This document shows, piece by piece, positions 13,515 through 26,838 of a stretch of 64,000 nt of DNA. This stretch comes from Glaucostegus cemiculus (lineage: Eukaryota). The notes under the pieces were generated by a model that searched no databases, was not told where the DNA came from, and saw only the letters and a program-made list of their open reading frames with translations. The stretch is taken from contig CDPCPM010000114.1 in assembly GCA_976551045.1 (NCBI GenBank), forward strand, positions 3,224,001 through 3,288,000. The letters are read 5' to 3'. How positions within the stretch are numbered: the stretch's first letter is position 1; every line of letters starts with the position of its first letter. The position numbers were made by a program, and so were the translations under genes.

Positions 13515-13810
13515 AGTATGGAAATGGGTTCTTCAGTCCATCAAGTCCCTGTTAACCATCAAGCCCCATTTACACCTTTACTGCACTTATTATTCCCCCT
13601 AGATTCCACTCCATTTCCACAAATTTTACCACTCGCCCACGTTCTCATTATAAATTGCCCCAACCTACCAACTCGCATGTCTTTGGGATGTGGAGCACTG
13701 GTGGAAATCCACAGGGAGAACATACAAACTCAGTACAGACAGTAGTGGAGGTCCAAATTGAACCCACGTTACTGGAGATGTGAGGCAGCAGCTCTTCTAG
13801 CTGTTCTCCC
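13515..13810 (-). mobile_element. Degenerate tRNA-derived SINE
   Basis: gcatgtctttgggatgtgg...ggaaatccacagggagaacatacaaactc...aattgaaccc matches the SINE core and B-box in reverse. Confidence 0.7.
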
Positions 13811-14284
13811 TGTGGTTTTCCACCAGTGCTCCAGTTCTAGCCCACTCCAAACCCACTGGATATCAAAGGCAATTGGTCTGGTCCAGACATCAATAAAACA
13901 ACAGTTTTGTTGAAGGAAAAGCAGAAAGCAAGTCTCGGCTGCCTCGCTGAGTTTAGTGTACGTTATGGGTATACTGATGCTCGCCAGAGCCATGTAATGT
14001 GGTATGAGTTCGGATTTGCTTCAAGTGTCCATTTAATCAAGGTTTGTTAATCAGCTAAAAGGCACCTCATCTGTGCCAAATTGTCACCAACCCCTGCTAT
14101 CAGCGAGGTGTCACCAGGAGAACCTCAAGATGCCTGGACTTCAGTGCACATAGAAAATCTTTCCCTCAGAGTCTAATCATGGTATCAACATAGGACTGTC
14201 ATCTGATAAATGCAGGCTGTCAAAACCCATGAACCTACACTGCACTATTAGTTTGATATTCTGGCATTTTTGGTCAATTACTTT

Positions 14285-14468
14285 TTTTTCTCCTCCATCA
14301 GCTATCTGAACAGTCTATGAAATCTTTGAACACTACTTCATTATTCCTTTCCTTTGCACTACATATTTATTTTTTGTTATTCATAGTAATTTTATATATT
14401 TGCACTGTACTGCTGCCACAAAACAACAAATTTCATGACACAAATCAGTGGTAATAAATCTGATTCTA
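14285..14468 (+). mobile_element. Rex1/Babar-type LINE tail
   Basis: ctgctgccacaaaacaacaaatttcatgac...taataaatctgattct is the reverse complement of the tail at about 250-310. Confidence 0.7.
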
Positions 14469-15364
14469 ATTCTTTCTCAGAAGGTTTGCATGTGGTTAGT
14501 AATGTTCATGAATTAAATAGAGTAGATCCTGACAGTGATAATTATACAAATCTATTAGAATAAAATGCTTGTTTCATATTTACTTTATTCAAACTGAGCA
14601 AAAATCTCTTTACTGCAGACAGAAGCATAAGCTTGTTTCTTGCACATGCCATCTTATTTATCCCACATTCTTGGTTGGTGATGTTAAGATTATGCTAATA
14701 CTTTCCTAAAAAAAATGAATTTATTTAAAGAACAATGTAACAGAACATTAAACACTAGAAGAGCAGAAAAATCTATCTTCATGTTACTTAAGTAAAACAG
14801 TTTATTTTACAAATCAACGTGGCCAACATTTTGTAAATTGGCAGCAAGAGTAAGTATTCAACATCAATGCATCAGTCTCTGTGGAGAACTTGATTATCAA
14901 AACACATTTGCCAATACTTCCATTTAGTCACTATCTGTGGAGACTATGTTGTTCAAGCCATATATTCAAAGATATATTTTTAATCTCCTGTGAGGTTGTT
15001 AACAGATGGATTTTTTTTAGGAAAGTTTGTCTGTCTTCCTTTATCTTTATTTCCTGTCCATTTTCAGATTCCTTCTCAGGTTGTTAATTTTACACTTTCA
15101 TTGTCTTTCCATCATCTTCTGTCTCCCCATCTTCCTATCACTTTCTGACAACACAGCTTTCAATTTTGTTATTTCTGAAGTATTAAAATGTTAACATGTT
15201 TCCTGCTTTTAAGTCTGCTTTTTTTTTCTCTTCCAGCATTTCACATTTGATGTTTTTTTTAAATAAAGGGCATTCAAACATCGAGCAGAAAAGCAAAAGT
15301 ACTTTCTTGCCGTCAGCGAGTCTCAGTTTAGTTCAACTGGTAACTAAAGATGAATTCAAAAGTA

Positions 15365-15570
15365 AGCTACTGCAGATGTTGGAAATCTGAGATTAAAAAC
15401 AGAAAATACTGGGAATACTTAGCAGGTCAGACAACCTCCATGAAGAGAGCAGTGTTGATACTTTGATCAATCACCTTAAAGGGTTTCTGCTGAAACATCA
15501 TTGAACCAAAGGGATAAACCCACAGATACTGCCCATGTTGCTGACTATTTGCAGATTTTCCTTTTTTTAT
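15365..15570. repeat. Penelope-type hairpin relic
   Basis: tgcagatgttggaaatctgaga...aaaacagaaaatactgggaatacttagcaggtcag with a decayed inverted partner. Same family as about 11480 and 24190. Confidence 0.5.
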
Positions 15571-15974
15571 ATATGAACTAGATACAAGTTATCTTCCTTT
15601 CTGCCACTAAACACCTTTAATCTAGCATGGCACCAAACTACCTATGACATCTTAAATCAGTTATGAAACTTGTTTCAATTTACATTTCAGAATAGCATGA
15701 GGAACAAAACAAGTTCCAAAAACATAATTTGTGACTGCTGCTTCTGAAAAACTGAAGGATCTAAAAAAAAATCAACGTGATGAGCTAATAGTTGCTGTTG
15801 TGACATTCTGTTATTTACCCTTTTTGTTTTGACAGAAAGTCACATTAATAACCAACAAATGGCATCCACAGTGACATCGTAAACAAGGAAGTATCAAAGT
15901 TAGGGAATATGATATACCAGAGTTTAAGATGTATTGCAGGTCTGGAATATCTAAAATTTAAGGTACTTTTGGTC

Positions 15975-16260
15975 AGTGTTGACTCTATCAGTTCATAGCA
16001 CCCTTGCTTGAATTGGTGGTGGGGGGGGGGGGGTGGTGTTTGAGTTTAAGCCATAATCCTGGGATTTGAACACAAAAACGTAAGCAGATGCGCCATTATA
16101 GACCTGATAGAAGGATAACTTTCAGGTGAGATGATATGTTAAATAAAGCTCCCATCTGCTTTCTCGGATGGATGTGAAATATCTGATAGCACTATTTTGA
16201 AAAAGAACAGGTGTGTTAACTTCAGTGTCTGCTATCCATCACTTAACCGTCCTAAGACAT
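15975..16260 (+). mobile_element. Ancient Deu-domain SINE relic containing a poly-G run
   Basis: ggatggatgtgaaatatctgatagcactattttgaaaaagaacagg resembles the Deu core. A G-run lies at about 16021-16032. Confidence 0.5.
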
Positions 16261-19200
16261 TCTTTGGTGCCATGGAAGCCTGCTAGAGAGTCGTTGCTAT
16301 AGCAAAACTCAATGGCACTCAATACTTAGAGCTATAGAGTGGCTTTTGCAGACTGTTTCCTTAAGTACAACAGCATTCCAGAGTGTGTGATGGTACATGT
16401 CAGTTTGGAACTAGCTCCAGAGTCTAAGGCCATGCAGAAGTTGCATGGTTGGGGATGAGGGAGCAGAGCCATCAGTGTGCAGATGGGGTGTGATTAGGAG
16501 TTAGAGATCAGCCCCAGAGTTGCTCAACAAGTTGCAAGTTTCAGGTGTGATTAGAACCATGCTTAGGGGCCTCCAGTTGTGAGGACATAATTAAGGGAAC
16601 TTATCCGAGTGGCATTCCCACCCCTGGATTTGGACCTGTTCAGGAAGCAGCACCATTATGGTTGCTCAGAGGATGCCCAGTCAGGACAATGTGCCCTAAT
16701 TTCCAAGTCAGTATTCTGAAAGAACATTATACATGGAGTCCCTTATAATTCTGATTTGGAAGTAGTCATGAGCACAAGCACAACTGGTGACTAGAAGTCC
16801 CCAGTCAAATTCCTAGAATGGTGTGATTCACACTCAGATTCTTCTCTGGAAATGACTGTTTATAATACAGGTAATTCTGGGAGTTGGGGGGAGGTAGGGG
16901 AGAAACCACACATGTATGACCATCTAGACCAGATCAGTGGTATTATCACACTGATGTTTCTGGGTGCTGAGTGTCCACAAATTAACTGCCATGTTTCTAA
17001 CATTCTAACAGTGAGTATACATCAAGACTTGCTTGGACTATGAAGGTATTTTTGAGACATCCTGAAACGTAAGTGAAAGGAGTCATTTTAATTCACACCT
17101 TATTTTGTGATATAACCAAATGGGAAAGTCCTTGCCACAAACGATTGCCTAATTACTGTGCAGGAGCTGACTCAGATGGTGACTGTCATATGAAGGCATT
17201 GGGTCAGTTACCAGGAAAGTAAGCAGGAAGCTGAAAGCTGGAGACAACACATTAGTTGCAAAGTAATAGACTGGAAGCCTTTGCAGTTCATGTAGTTAGT
17301 GGGAGTCTTGTAAAGGTGATATCAAGGGATGGGGATATTTCTGAAATCAATAAAGCCCTGAACTGAAGAGGGAGGCAACAGCATGTGTGAGTATCAGTGT
17401 TAATTGTAGACATATTATTTATATTCCCAATTACACTATGGAAAGAACTGAAGGCAAAATGTCTTGATTGCAGTGACTTTAACTGCAAGGCATTGGTGCA
17501 CTAGCTGGGAATTTTATTGCAGATGTTGTAGCAGGAGGTGATGCAACATGGCCTTGCACACTGTCAGAGAATGTGCTCTCTTGGATTGATATGGAACCAG
17601 CAAGAATGCCATCTATTAGCTCTCTCTGGCTATGTTTTGAGTGCTCTTTACTCCTGTTTCTGTTCTTTTGACCATAGAGCATGTCATAGAGTCAAACAGT
17701 GTGGAAACTGGCCCTTTGGCCCACCATAGCCATGCTAACCATCAAGCATACATTTATTTAGAAGATCCCCAAAAGAGAGCGAGCGATGCAGTGCTGGAAT
17801 CTCCAAACATGTAGTGGAGAAGAAGTTCATCATTGATCACAAGTGTTTGAATCCATTCCAAGAATCAGCCATGACTGCTTCCATTATAGATTCTAATGTG
17901 CAGAGGTGAAGTGACAGCAAAGCTCTTGAATAGATTTAGAGCCAGTTACCCAAGATAGATTTACAGTGATAAGAGTACTTCTTGAAAATGTCTAAGTGGC
18001 AAATTTTATCACTTGATCCAACAAATCGTCTATCAAAAAAAATCTCAAGTTTTATCAAATGGCTTAGGAAACAACAGCTACTTAAACTTTGAGGTTGGCA
18101 TTAGGAGTTAATGGCCACAATGGTGATCAAAGACAAAAATATACTATTAGAAATTGTGCATTTATTGAGTAAGTCTCTACCTGCTTCCAGCAAGAGCTTT
18201 GCCAAATCAGATTAAAACCCAACCGAAAGATGGAACAAAATAGGCAAATCTGACCTACCATCAGAGTTAGAACTTTTATGGCAAATATTAGGTGGACTAG
18301 CAACTTGGAAACCATAGCCTACGGCTGCAAATAATAGGTTACTTGTGTAGAGGTAGCCAATGTTAAAACCCAGTTCTGGGCAACATATGATCATAAATCA
18401 TCACAGTAAAAACTTAAGAAATAGATGTCATAAGGGATTATTTTGCATCTTTAAAGTGAGATTATTTTTACATGAAAGGTAAAAGCAGCAATATGTAGAC
18501 TAATATGAGATAATTTACAGTAATTTGAAGATGTTCATGGTGAATAAAACAATGCATTGACTGTGAGAAGCTACCTTCAGTTCTTTATCAATAAAATGGT
18601 GCCTAGTGGCTTATGCTTGTGGTTACTTGCAAGCTAGGTGTCTGCTCAGTGAACACCTTTAGAATGATAGCAAGTAGATTGCTTTGTGGTTGAAGCTTAC
18701 ACAAAAGCAACCATAACGGTTAGAAATTACATTTAAGTAAGATGGTGCAAGAATGTGCAACCTGATGAGTATTAAGAAGAATGTATTTAATAATAAAAGT
18801 CAGTTAAATCATAAGCCTTCAAACATAACAGTAATTGGAAAAAAAAACTACCATCAAAATATTAATTGGATGTAAGCACTCTCTCTCTATATCTCATTAC
18901 CATTTTTAAAAATACCTTGAAGGCACCTACTTTGTACATTAAAGGCACCTACTTTGAGATTGGGAAAACTATATTTCTGAGTTTTCTCAAATGTCCTGGA
19001 CTGATACCAAACAGGTATAATAGAGCTAGGAAAGATCATGGGTTGAGGGGTTCCAATCACAGTGGGGTGTTACATTGTGGAGATGTGCCCAATCATGGAT
19101 GGGAGTCTGTAATTGTGTTGGGTGGGCTCCACTCACAAAAGGAGGGTGTGACCATTAGTGGTGAGGGCAACTTCCAATACTGATTGGAAGGGGTTGTCCA

Positions 19201-19684
19201 TGTCAGTGGTATTAAGAAAGAATGTTTAAAGGGACCAGAAGATGTAATAGTGGTTGCTGGGGAAGGGGCTAAAGAGATTTAATGGTGTGCTGGTGGAGCA
19301 TACAAATCATGAATAGAAGTATACTGGGCAGCTTCTGTCTGGAATAAAAAATCTTTAGCTTTTCATAACCCACCGGAATATTACAAAGGTATTAAGCTCA
19401 AGGATTCTCCTCTTTCCATTGCCCTTCACCTATAAGGAGAGGAGTATAAAGTAGACGGAAAAGAATAGGAAGACTGAGGATTGGGAGCAATTTAAAATTC
19501 ATCAAAAATGAGCAAGAAATTAAATTAGGAAATGAAACTTGCTAGGAACATAAAAGCAGACTTTAAAAGTGTCTACAAGGATAGATTAGTGACAACAATC
19601 GTAGGTCCCTGAGAGTCAGAAATAGAAACATTTAGAATAGAAAACTAAGAAAAGGCAGAGCAATTAAACAAATATTTTGGTTAA

Positions 19685-20125
19685 GACCATAAGACATAGG
19701 AGCAGAATTAGGCCATTTGGCCCTTCGAGTTTGCTCCGCCATTTGATCATACCTGATGTATTATTCCCTCCTAACCCCATTCTCCAGTCTCCTTCCCATA
19801 ACTTTTGACGCCCTTACTAATCAAGAACCTACCAACCTCTGCTTTAAATGTACCCAATGACTTGGCCTCCACAGCCGTCTGTGGTAATGAATTCCACGGA
19901 TTCACCACCATCTGGCTAAAGAAATTCATGTTCATCTCTGTTCTAAGTGGACATCCTTTTATTCTGAGGCTGTGCCCTCTGGTCTGAGACTCTCCCACTA
20001 CTGGAAACATCCTTTCCATGTCCACTCTATCCAGGCCTTTCAGTATTTGGTAGGTTTCAATGAGATCCCCCTCATCCTTCTAAACTCTGACTACAGGTCC
20101 AGAACCATCAAATACTGCTCATAAG
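19685..20125 (-). mobile_element. Younger CR1 3' end nested in the older CR1
   Basis: ORF 19771..20025 (ERMFPVVGESQTRGHSLRIKG...FFSQMVVNPWNSLP) and the tail aagaccataagacatagg. Confidence 0.9.
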
Positions 20126-20400
20126 TTAACTCTTCCACAGAAGAAAATAGATTCTGAGAAATACTAGAGAACCAAGAATCCAATGAAAAGGGGGAATTAA
20201 AGGAAATTAGTATTAGTTTTTTTTAAAACATGCTGAAGAAATTAATAGGACTGGAAGCTGATCAGTCCCCAGGGCCCGTGTTTGAAGAGACTAGAATGGT
20301 AGCCATGGAAATTGTGGATGCATTTCTTGCCCAAGATTCTATACCTATCAAGCAATGGTTCCTGCAAATTGGATGGGGGAAGATGTAATCCACTATGTGT

Positions 20401-20448
20401 GAGAGAGGGGGGGGGGGGGGGTAGAGAGAGAGAGAGAGAGAGAGAGAA
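20401..20448. repeat. Poly-G plus (GA)n microsatellite
   Basis: Directly visible. Confidence 0.95.
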
Positions 20449-23184
20449 AGAAAATGGGGAACTGTAGCTGGTTAGCCTAACATGATTTATGAAAAGAAAA
20501 TCAAGTTTGACCCACTAAAGTTTTCTGAGGGTAGAAAATATATACAGTGGCTAAACTGTATTTGGATTTTCAGAAGACCTTTGATAAAATTCCATTTTTG
20601 TGGTTAGTGTGCAAAATTAAAGCTCATGATTTTCAAGATTTAGATTGAAAGTTGATTAATAAACAGGAACAATAGGCACTAATAAATAATATGTCTTTTC
20701 TCTAGTGGCTGGCAGTGATGATTAGTGTCTGGCCCCCAACTATTCAAAACGGATATCAATGATTTGGATGAGAGAACTGAATATAATATTTCTATCTTTT
20801 TGAAGGTCATGAAACTGAGTGAGGTTGTGAGTTCTGAGGAGGATGCAAAAATACTTCAAGACATTTAGACACATTGAGTGAGTGGGCAAATACATGGCAG
20901 ATGCAGTCGAGCATGGATAAATGTGAAGTTATTCATTTTAGTAATGGTAAAGTATTATTTAAATAGTAATAGATTGGAAAGTGTTGATGTATAAAAGGAT
21001 GTAAAAATAAACCTGCAGGTGTAACAACCAATTAAAAAGGCAAATGGTCAGTTGGTATCCATTGCTGAAGGTTTTTGAGTACAGGAGCATGGTCTTGCTA
21101 CTTTATATGGGGCCTTGGTAAGACCACACCTGGAGTATTATGTGCAGTATTGGTCTCCTTTATGTAAGAAAGGAGATACTTGACATGGAGGGAGTGCAAC
21201 TAATATTCACCAGACTGATTCCTGGTGTGGCAGGCCTGTGGTAAGAGCAGAGATTGGGTTGACAAGGACTGCATTCAATGGAACTTAGAAGAGTGAGAGG
21301 AGATCTGGTTGAAACATATAAAATTCTGACAGGGCTTGATGGGCTACAAGTGGGGAGGAAGTTTCCCCAGGTTGGTGATGTCTAGAAGGCACAGTCTCGG
21401 GATACTAGGTAAGAGGTTTAGGATAAATTTCTTCACTCTAAGCGTGGTGAAACAGTTGAAGAGGGAGATTTCTAGACATAAGGAATCAAGGGGTATTGGA
21501 GATAATGAACATACATGCTATGATCATGTTGAATGGCTGAGTAAGCTCAAAGTGCTGAATGGCCTACTTTTACTCTTTCTATGTTTTCCTAAAAATCAGA
21601 TTTTATTAGCTTTTGAGACAAGTTAAATTCCTGTTCCAGATTTTTTTTGTCTCTGGCACTTTAGACTTTTTAATATGATTAATTGATATGACCAAATCAT
21701 CTTGATCAGAGAAAGCTTTAGAACCAGTTTATTCAATTATTACAACAATTCATTACACGTGCTTTAACAAGGCAGACACAGTATCCAAGGAAGTTTAGCC
21801 TTAACAGACCAGATTCCAGATTGGACCAAAGTACTGGCAAGTAGGGTACCTTTTGGGTTTTCCACCACTTCTCTGTCTGATACCCTTGTTCTTCTGATGC
21901 AGGTCTTTATGTGGAGAGATCCTCCATCAATCAGTAGCTTACTGATTTCTCTGTCATTCTTCAGGGTCATTTTTGACCAGAAATCTGCATGTCGCACAGG
22001 CAGACATTCATTTCGGTTATTAGGCCTACACATTCCTCCATAAGCTTACTTTTATAACTGTTGATTTTGCATTTCAAATCCTTTTATGAAGTATCACAAA
22101 ACCCTACTTGTAAATGACACAACTAATCCTTTTGATGACTACCTCCCCCCCTCACCCCCACCATATTATCCACATTTTTCATTGTTATGTTCAGGGTGTA
22201 TTTAGCCAACTTGAACTTCCTATCAATTCTAATAGTTTACTAATTTATTTACTCTTTTGTAACCATATGTGCACAATTATATTATGATGGGCAATAAAAA
22301 TCCCAACTTTTACCTCTTGCTATTCCCTCATGAATGAGTGAACTATTACTTTCCCAGGGATGAGTAGTTTTATAGAATTCTTAAAAACCTGAAATTTCTT
22401 GCCTCTGTGTTTCAAAAGCAAGCAGGCCAACTTTTACCCATCAACCCTTCATCTATCATTTTAATGGTCTTTAATATTCCTATAATTAAGTATGTGCTTA
22501 ATTTCTCAAGAAACACATCACTATCATTATATAATCAAACATACTACTGTAAGGTAGTTTAAAGGTATAATGAAAACATGTCTTCAACTTTGAATTAACC
22601 TCTAATACGCTACATTCTACCTCTAAAGGTATTTTTTTACACTTGAATTTTGGGAGTTAAGTTTCATCCCATGATTAAATACAGTACAGAAGGGGTCCAC
22701 TTCGCCCATTTGTCCAATCACAAATATGACAGAATGGCTTAACAAAACTTGCAAATAGATTATTTTGTAGGCACTTTATCTTTCATTTAAATAGAAAGTG
22801 AACACTTGTTTGTTAAAATCCCAATTATCATTTTGGGAAATTCAATGGTACCCACTCCTTCAAATGGATAATTGAAATTATGGTATATTGAAGGATAAAT
22901 GTTACAGTAACACCATAGGAGAAGATAGCTTCAGTTTGGTTTAATACTTCCGTTCCAATGAAAATGACATGGTAAAAAGCAAGATCAAGTTCGTGAGTGA
23001 TTTGTACCCTAAAGCAACCATTGTTTATAGCTGTAATCATTAAATATTTCTAATGTAAAAATGGTCAAAGGAATGAAACTGTGATAATGGTGTGGATGGA
23101 ATTGAGAGGTACAATAGCAAACATTTGTTGAAGTAGTACTTGAATTCAAAGTAAATCTAATTTGAAAGGTGTAAACTGGTTAAG

Positions 23185-23328
23185 TAGGTGGGTGGTTTGG
23201 TGGTTAGTAGCAGATGTAGTAACGACACCAAAGGTAACACCCATTTCACAATGATTGTCGGTAAAGTAACACTTCCATTTGTAAAGTTTACATGAAGTCC
23301 ACAAAATACTGTCGCTGAAATTGCCAAG
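23185..23328 (+). promoter_or_regulatory. Putative TATA-less promoter/5' UTR of the Ig receptor gene
   Basis: Lies immediately upstream of the ATG. It has an ETS core CACTTCC at 23270-23276 and two GTGGTT RUNX-like motifs at about 23192-23206. The TSS is unknown and an upstream non-coding exon cannot be excluded. Confidence 0.4.
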
Positions 23329-23377
23329 ATGTGTTTCATTCTGCATGCAACTGTTCTTTTGGCACTTAGCATGAATG
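23329..23377 (+). CDS. Exon 1 (signal peptide) of a single-V-domain Ig-superfamily receptor
   Basis: Kozak-like GCCAAGATG, translation MCFILHATVLLALSMN, and a perfect phase-1 donor G|GTAAGT at 23377/23378. Confidence 0.8.
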
Positions 23378-24189
23378 GTAAGTGTTTTGTACTGTAGATT
23401 ATGTTATTTCCTATGTTAGGGTAAGAAATTAAAATCACCAAAAATTAAGAAAGAATCTGATGTGAAACTATTTAAAAGATGGTTCTAAAGCACTTGTCCA
23501 GGCTATGTCGAGCAGGAGCTGGAGAGATCAATTGCATTATTTTTGCTTTGATACAAAATTATTTTGGATAAATAGGATATCTCAATTTAACTTCCAAGTA
23601 TACTTCAGAAGAGTTGAGAGATCACTTCCAGTGGATACTTCCAAACTTCTTTAACATTAAATCAAATCAAAGTTCAGCACAATGCAAAGTAACATTCTAA
23701 AAGTGCCTGGCTGTCCATTTAATAAATTTAAGCACTATTAAAAAAGATAAGCAATCTAGACAAACCTTTATCCGCCCAAGATAACAATAGTTTCTCTTAA
23801 TCTAACACTTTTAACCTAAACAATTCATCTTTAGATTTTTTTTACACACACAAGGAATAGCTAAAGATTGATTGATAGGTGATTTTAATGGGAGTTTTTT
23901 TTTAAATCAGTTGCTGGGACCAGAAAAGGTTTTAACAATTCCAAATATTGGGACCAAAGTAGCAGATTGTACAGGCACTGAACAATGATGTGTACGATTA
24001 TGCTATATAACGTTACTCTGGATTGGTCTGAGACCAGTATCTCAAATATAACTACCATGAGATGAAAGGAGCAAATGCAGAGTATGATGACCCATTCATC
24101 AATTGGAACAGGCCTTAAATCTCAATTAGCTCTGACATGGAACATGTCTTATTTGAGTTGATGAATAATACTAATTCAAATTAACTATT

Positions 24190-24285
24190 GGAAACCCGAA
24201 ATAAAAACAGAATATGCTGGAAACACTCAGAAACAAAGAGAAACAATTAACATTTCAGGTCCAGGACCTTTCATCAGAACTGGGG
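24190..24285 (-). mobile_element. Penelope-type terminal repeat relic with a minimal hammerhead core
   Basis: Minus strand 24282..24244 reads CAGUU CUGAUGA A AGGU CCUGG ACCU GAAA UG UUA AUUG. Confidence 0.6.
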
Positions 24286-25594
24286 AAAGTAATCATTCAG
24301 AATCTGTAACGTCATAGTTTATACACTGGATTAATCAACTGATGATTTTTTTTTGTGGGTTTCAGACAAAGGCTGAAATATTTTCATACTGTATGACACC
24401 AAGTATGTGTCTGGGACATGCAGCTTGGTCAGAGCATGCATTGAAGTCTGAGCTTGAATTTGGTTTGGGTCTTTCTCCAACCATATGTGACCACATTACT
24501 GACATTTACTTGTTTCATTATGTGGGTTGACTTTTGCCTTGTTAGTTTAAATTGTCTGTCACCTCTTGTCCTTTTAAAGTGACCATATTCTATTAATTTC
24601 AATCTGTATCGTTGGTGTTTAATACTCCTGTAATTCCCACCACTGCTTCCCACTGTACTAACCCTCACTGTGCTAGTGGCAATGAGAGCTAATTTAAATG
24701 CTGTTCATGAGCAATGTCTATTTAGTCTGGCTCTTTGTTTCAACAATTGCAATGATATGAACAATGGGATCTTCGAATCTTTTCAGTCAGAATCCTAAAC
24801 AGTTTAGGAGAACAGAGAGTAAAATGTCCATGATATTTTCTGATTAGCATTTGGAGCCTGACATGATGAGAGCCCAAAGTAGGAATTTGTCCTTAGTCAA
24901 TTATGATGCACCTGCAATATAGTAATGGAAGCAGAATACACCTTGCAACCCTCTCTATGTTGTGTGTTTAGCATTAGTTTAATTGTGGATGAATTTCTAC
25001 ACTCCTTTCTGTTACTCTACAGTACTAGGTTGCTGTAGGAACCAGTGGAACAATTTTGCAATAAAGCAATGAAACCTTATGTCTTTAAGGATATGAGGAC
25101 ATTGGCTTATCATCCTTGTGCAATGAATGACCTTCATTGATTTTTTTTCCAAAAATGAGCTCTGAACTAAAAATTGTCCATAAAAAATCTGTTAAATTAA
25201 AATTCCCATAAAATGGCAGGTTTTATTGCATTGTGCACATATTTATTGCCCACTGGGGTTGAATAGAAAAAGGTTCCAAATGCTGACAGTGTGAGTTCTA
25301 GCCTGGATTTTAATTAGACAAATATTCACATGTGCTGGCAGAGGTCTGAAAGTCAAGTCAAGAAACATTTTTTTTTGTTCAGATACAATATAAAAGAACA
25401 AAGTTGGTGCATTGGTCAATAATAAAGCTGCCCAAATAATTTTATTAATTATGCAAGATAGTCACCTTGTATAAAGTCCTGGTTATGTGATTTATTTTAA
25501 ATCCCATTAAAACAATTCATAGCTGATCTTGAGCTAATTTAAATAACACATAGTAAGGGGCAGGGGAAAGTTTACATTAGTCCCTGTAGTAGTC

Positions 25595-25900
25595 ATTGTC
25601 ATACAGCACGGAAACAGGCCCTTTGGTTGAACTGGCCTATGCCGACCAAGATTCCCATCTAAGCTAGTCCCATTTGCTTGTGTTTGGCCCACTTCCTTCT
25701 AAACCTTTCCTATCCATGTACCTGTCCAAGTATCTTTTTAAATGTTGATAATGTACCTGCCTCAACCACTTCTTCAGGCAGCTCATTCCGTATACGGACC
25801 ATCCTCTGGGTGGAAAAATTGCCCCTTGGGTTCGTATTAAATCTCTCCCCTCTCACCTTAAACCTCTAGTTTTTTGGTTCCCTAACCCTGGGGGAAAATG
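25595..25900 (-). mobile_element. CR1 LINE 3' end
   Basis: catacagcacggaaacaggccctttgg tail followed by cctgcctcaaccacttcttcaggcagctcattcc (reverse strand WNELPEEVVEAG). Confidence 0.88.
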
Positions 25901-26574
25901 TCTTTTGCTTAAAATCTGGGGGTCCTTCATAAAACTCAACAATAGGATCTTAACTACTCAATGAGCAACGGCGAATGTCCTGAAATCTGCTGAAGCTGAT
26001 CACTGAAACTGGGAAGCTTGTGCTCCCCTGTTGGAGTCTCATGGACTCTGGAAGTGCCTGTTCCCTCATCACAGATTTCTTGGCTTCATACAAAAGGGGC
26101 AGATCCAAGGTAACTTCCTTTAACTGGTTCAGTTGAGTTGATTTAAATATATAATTTAAATAATCATGTTCTATGTTTTCAATGTTTTTAACAGTATTTA
26201 ATTTTCAATAGTTTCTTAAGGGTTTTTCTATGCTTCTGGTGCCAACATAGCATGCCCACAACTTCCTAAACTGTACGTCTTTGTGAATGTCATAGACATT
26301 GCAAACATTCAACTTCAAGGACAATTTTGACAACTGATAACATGGGGGTGGAGCCTCATTGCCTGTGAAGGCAGCTACACTTGCAGAAGCTGTGTGCTCC
26401 CTCACAGTTGGGAGCCAGTTTCTCAGAAGGAGACTGTGCTCAAGGCCCATTCCAGGTAAAAATAGACTTCATGGGCAAATGACCAGTGAGCTCTGGTGAG
26501 TTGTTGGTCAGCAGAAGATCCAGTCCAAGCCATTATGGACCAAGTTTTCATTCCTTTGTTATTTAAGATAATTA

Positions 26575-26838
26575 TTAAGTTATCTTTATTAGTCACATGT
26601 ACATCAAAACACAAAGTGAAATGCATCTTTTGTGTAGAGTGTTCTGGGGGCAGCCCGCAAGTGTCGCCATGATTCTGGTGCCAACATAGCATGCCCACAA
26701 CTTCCTAAACTGTACGACTTTGGAATGTGGGAGGAAACCCACGCAGACACAGGGAGCACATACAAACTCCTTACAGACAGCAGCCGGAATTGAACCCAGG
26801 CCACTGGCACTGTAAAGCATTACGCTAACCGCTACACT
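26575..26838 (-). mobile_element. tRNA-derived SINE, second tail type
   Basis: Same head and core as 9955-10203 but a different 3' part (tttattagtcacatgtacatc...ccaacatagcatgcccacaacttcc on +). Confidence 0.9.

Larger units (their letters stand above)
19430..21585 (+). mobile_element. Old, heavily decayed CR1 LINE (ORF2 RT region to tail), interrupted by a younger CR1
   Basis: tatttggattttcagaagacctttgataaa (YLDFQKxFDK), gccttggtaagaccacacctggagtat (LVRPHLEY) and the tail gctgaatggcctact...ctatgtt. Confidence 0.88.
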
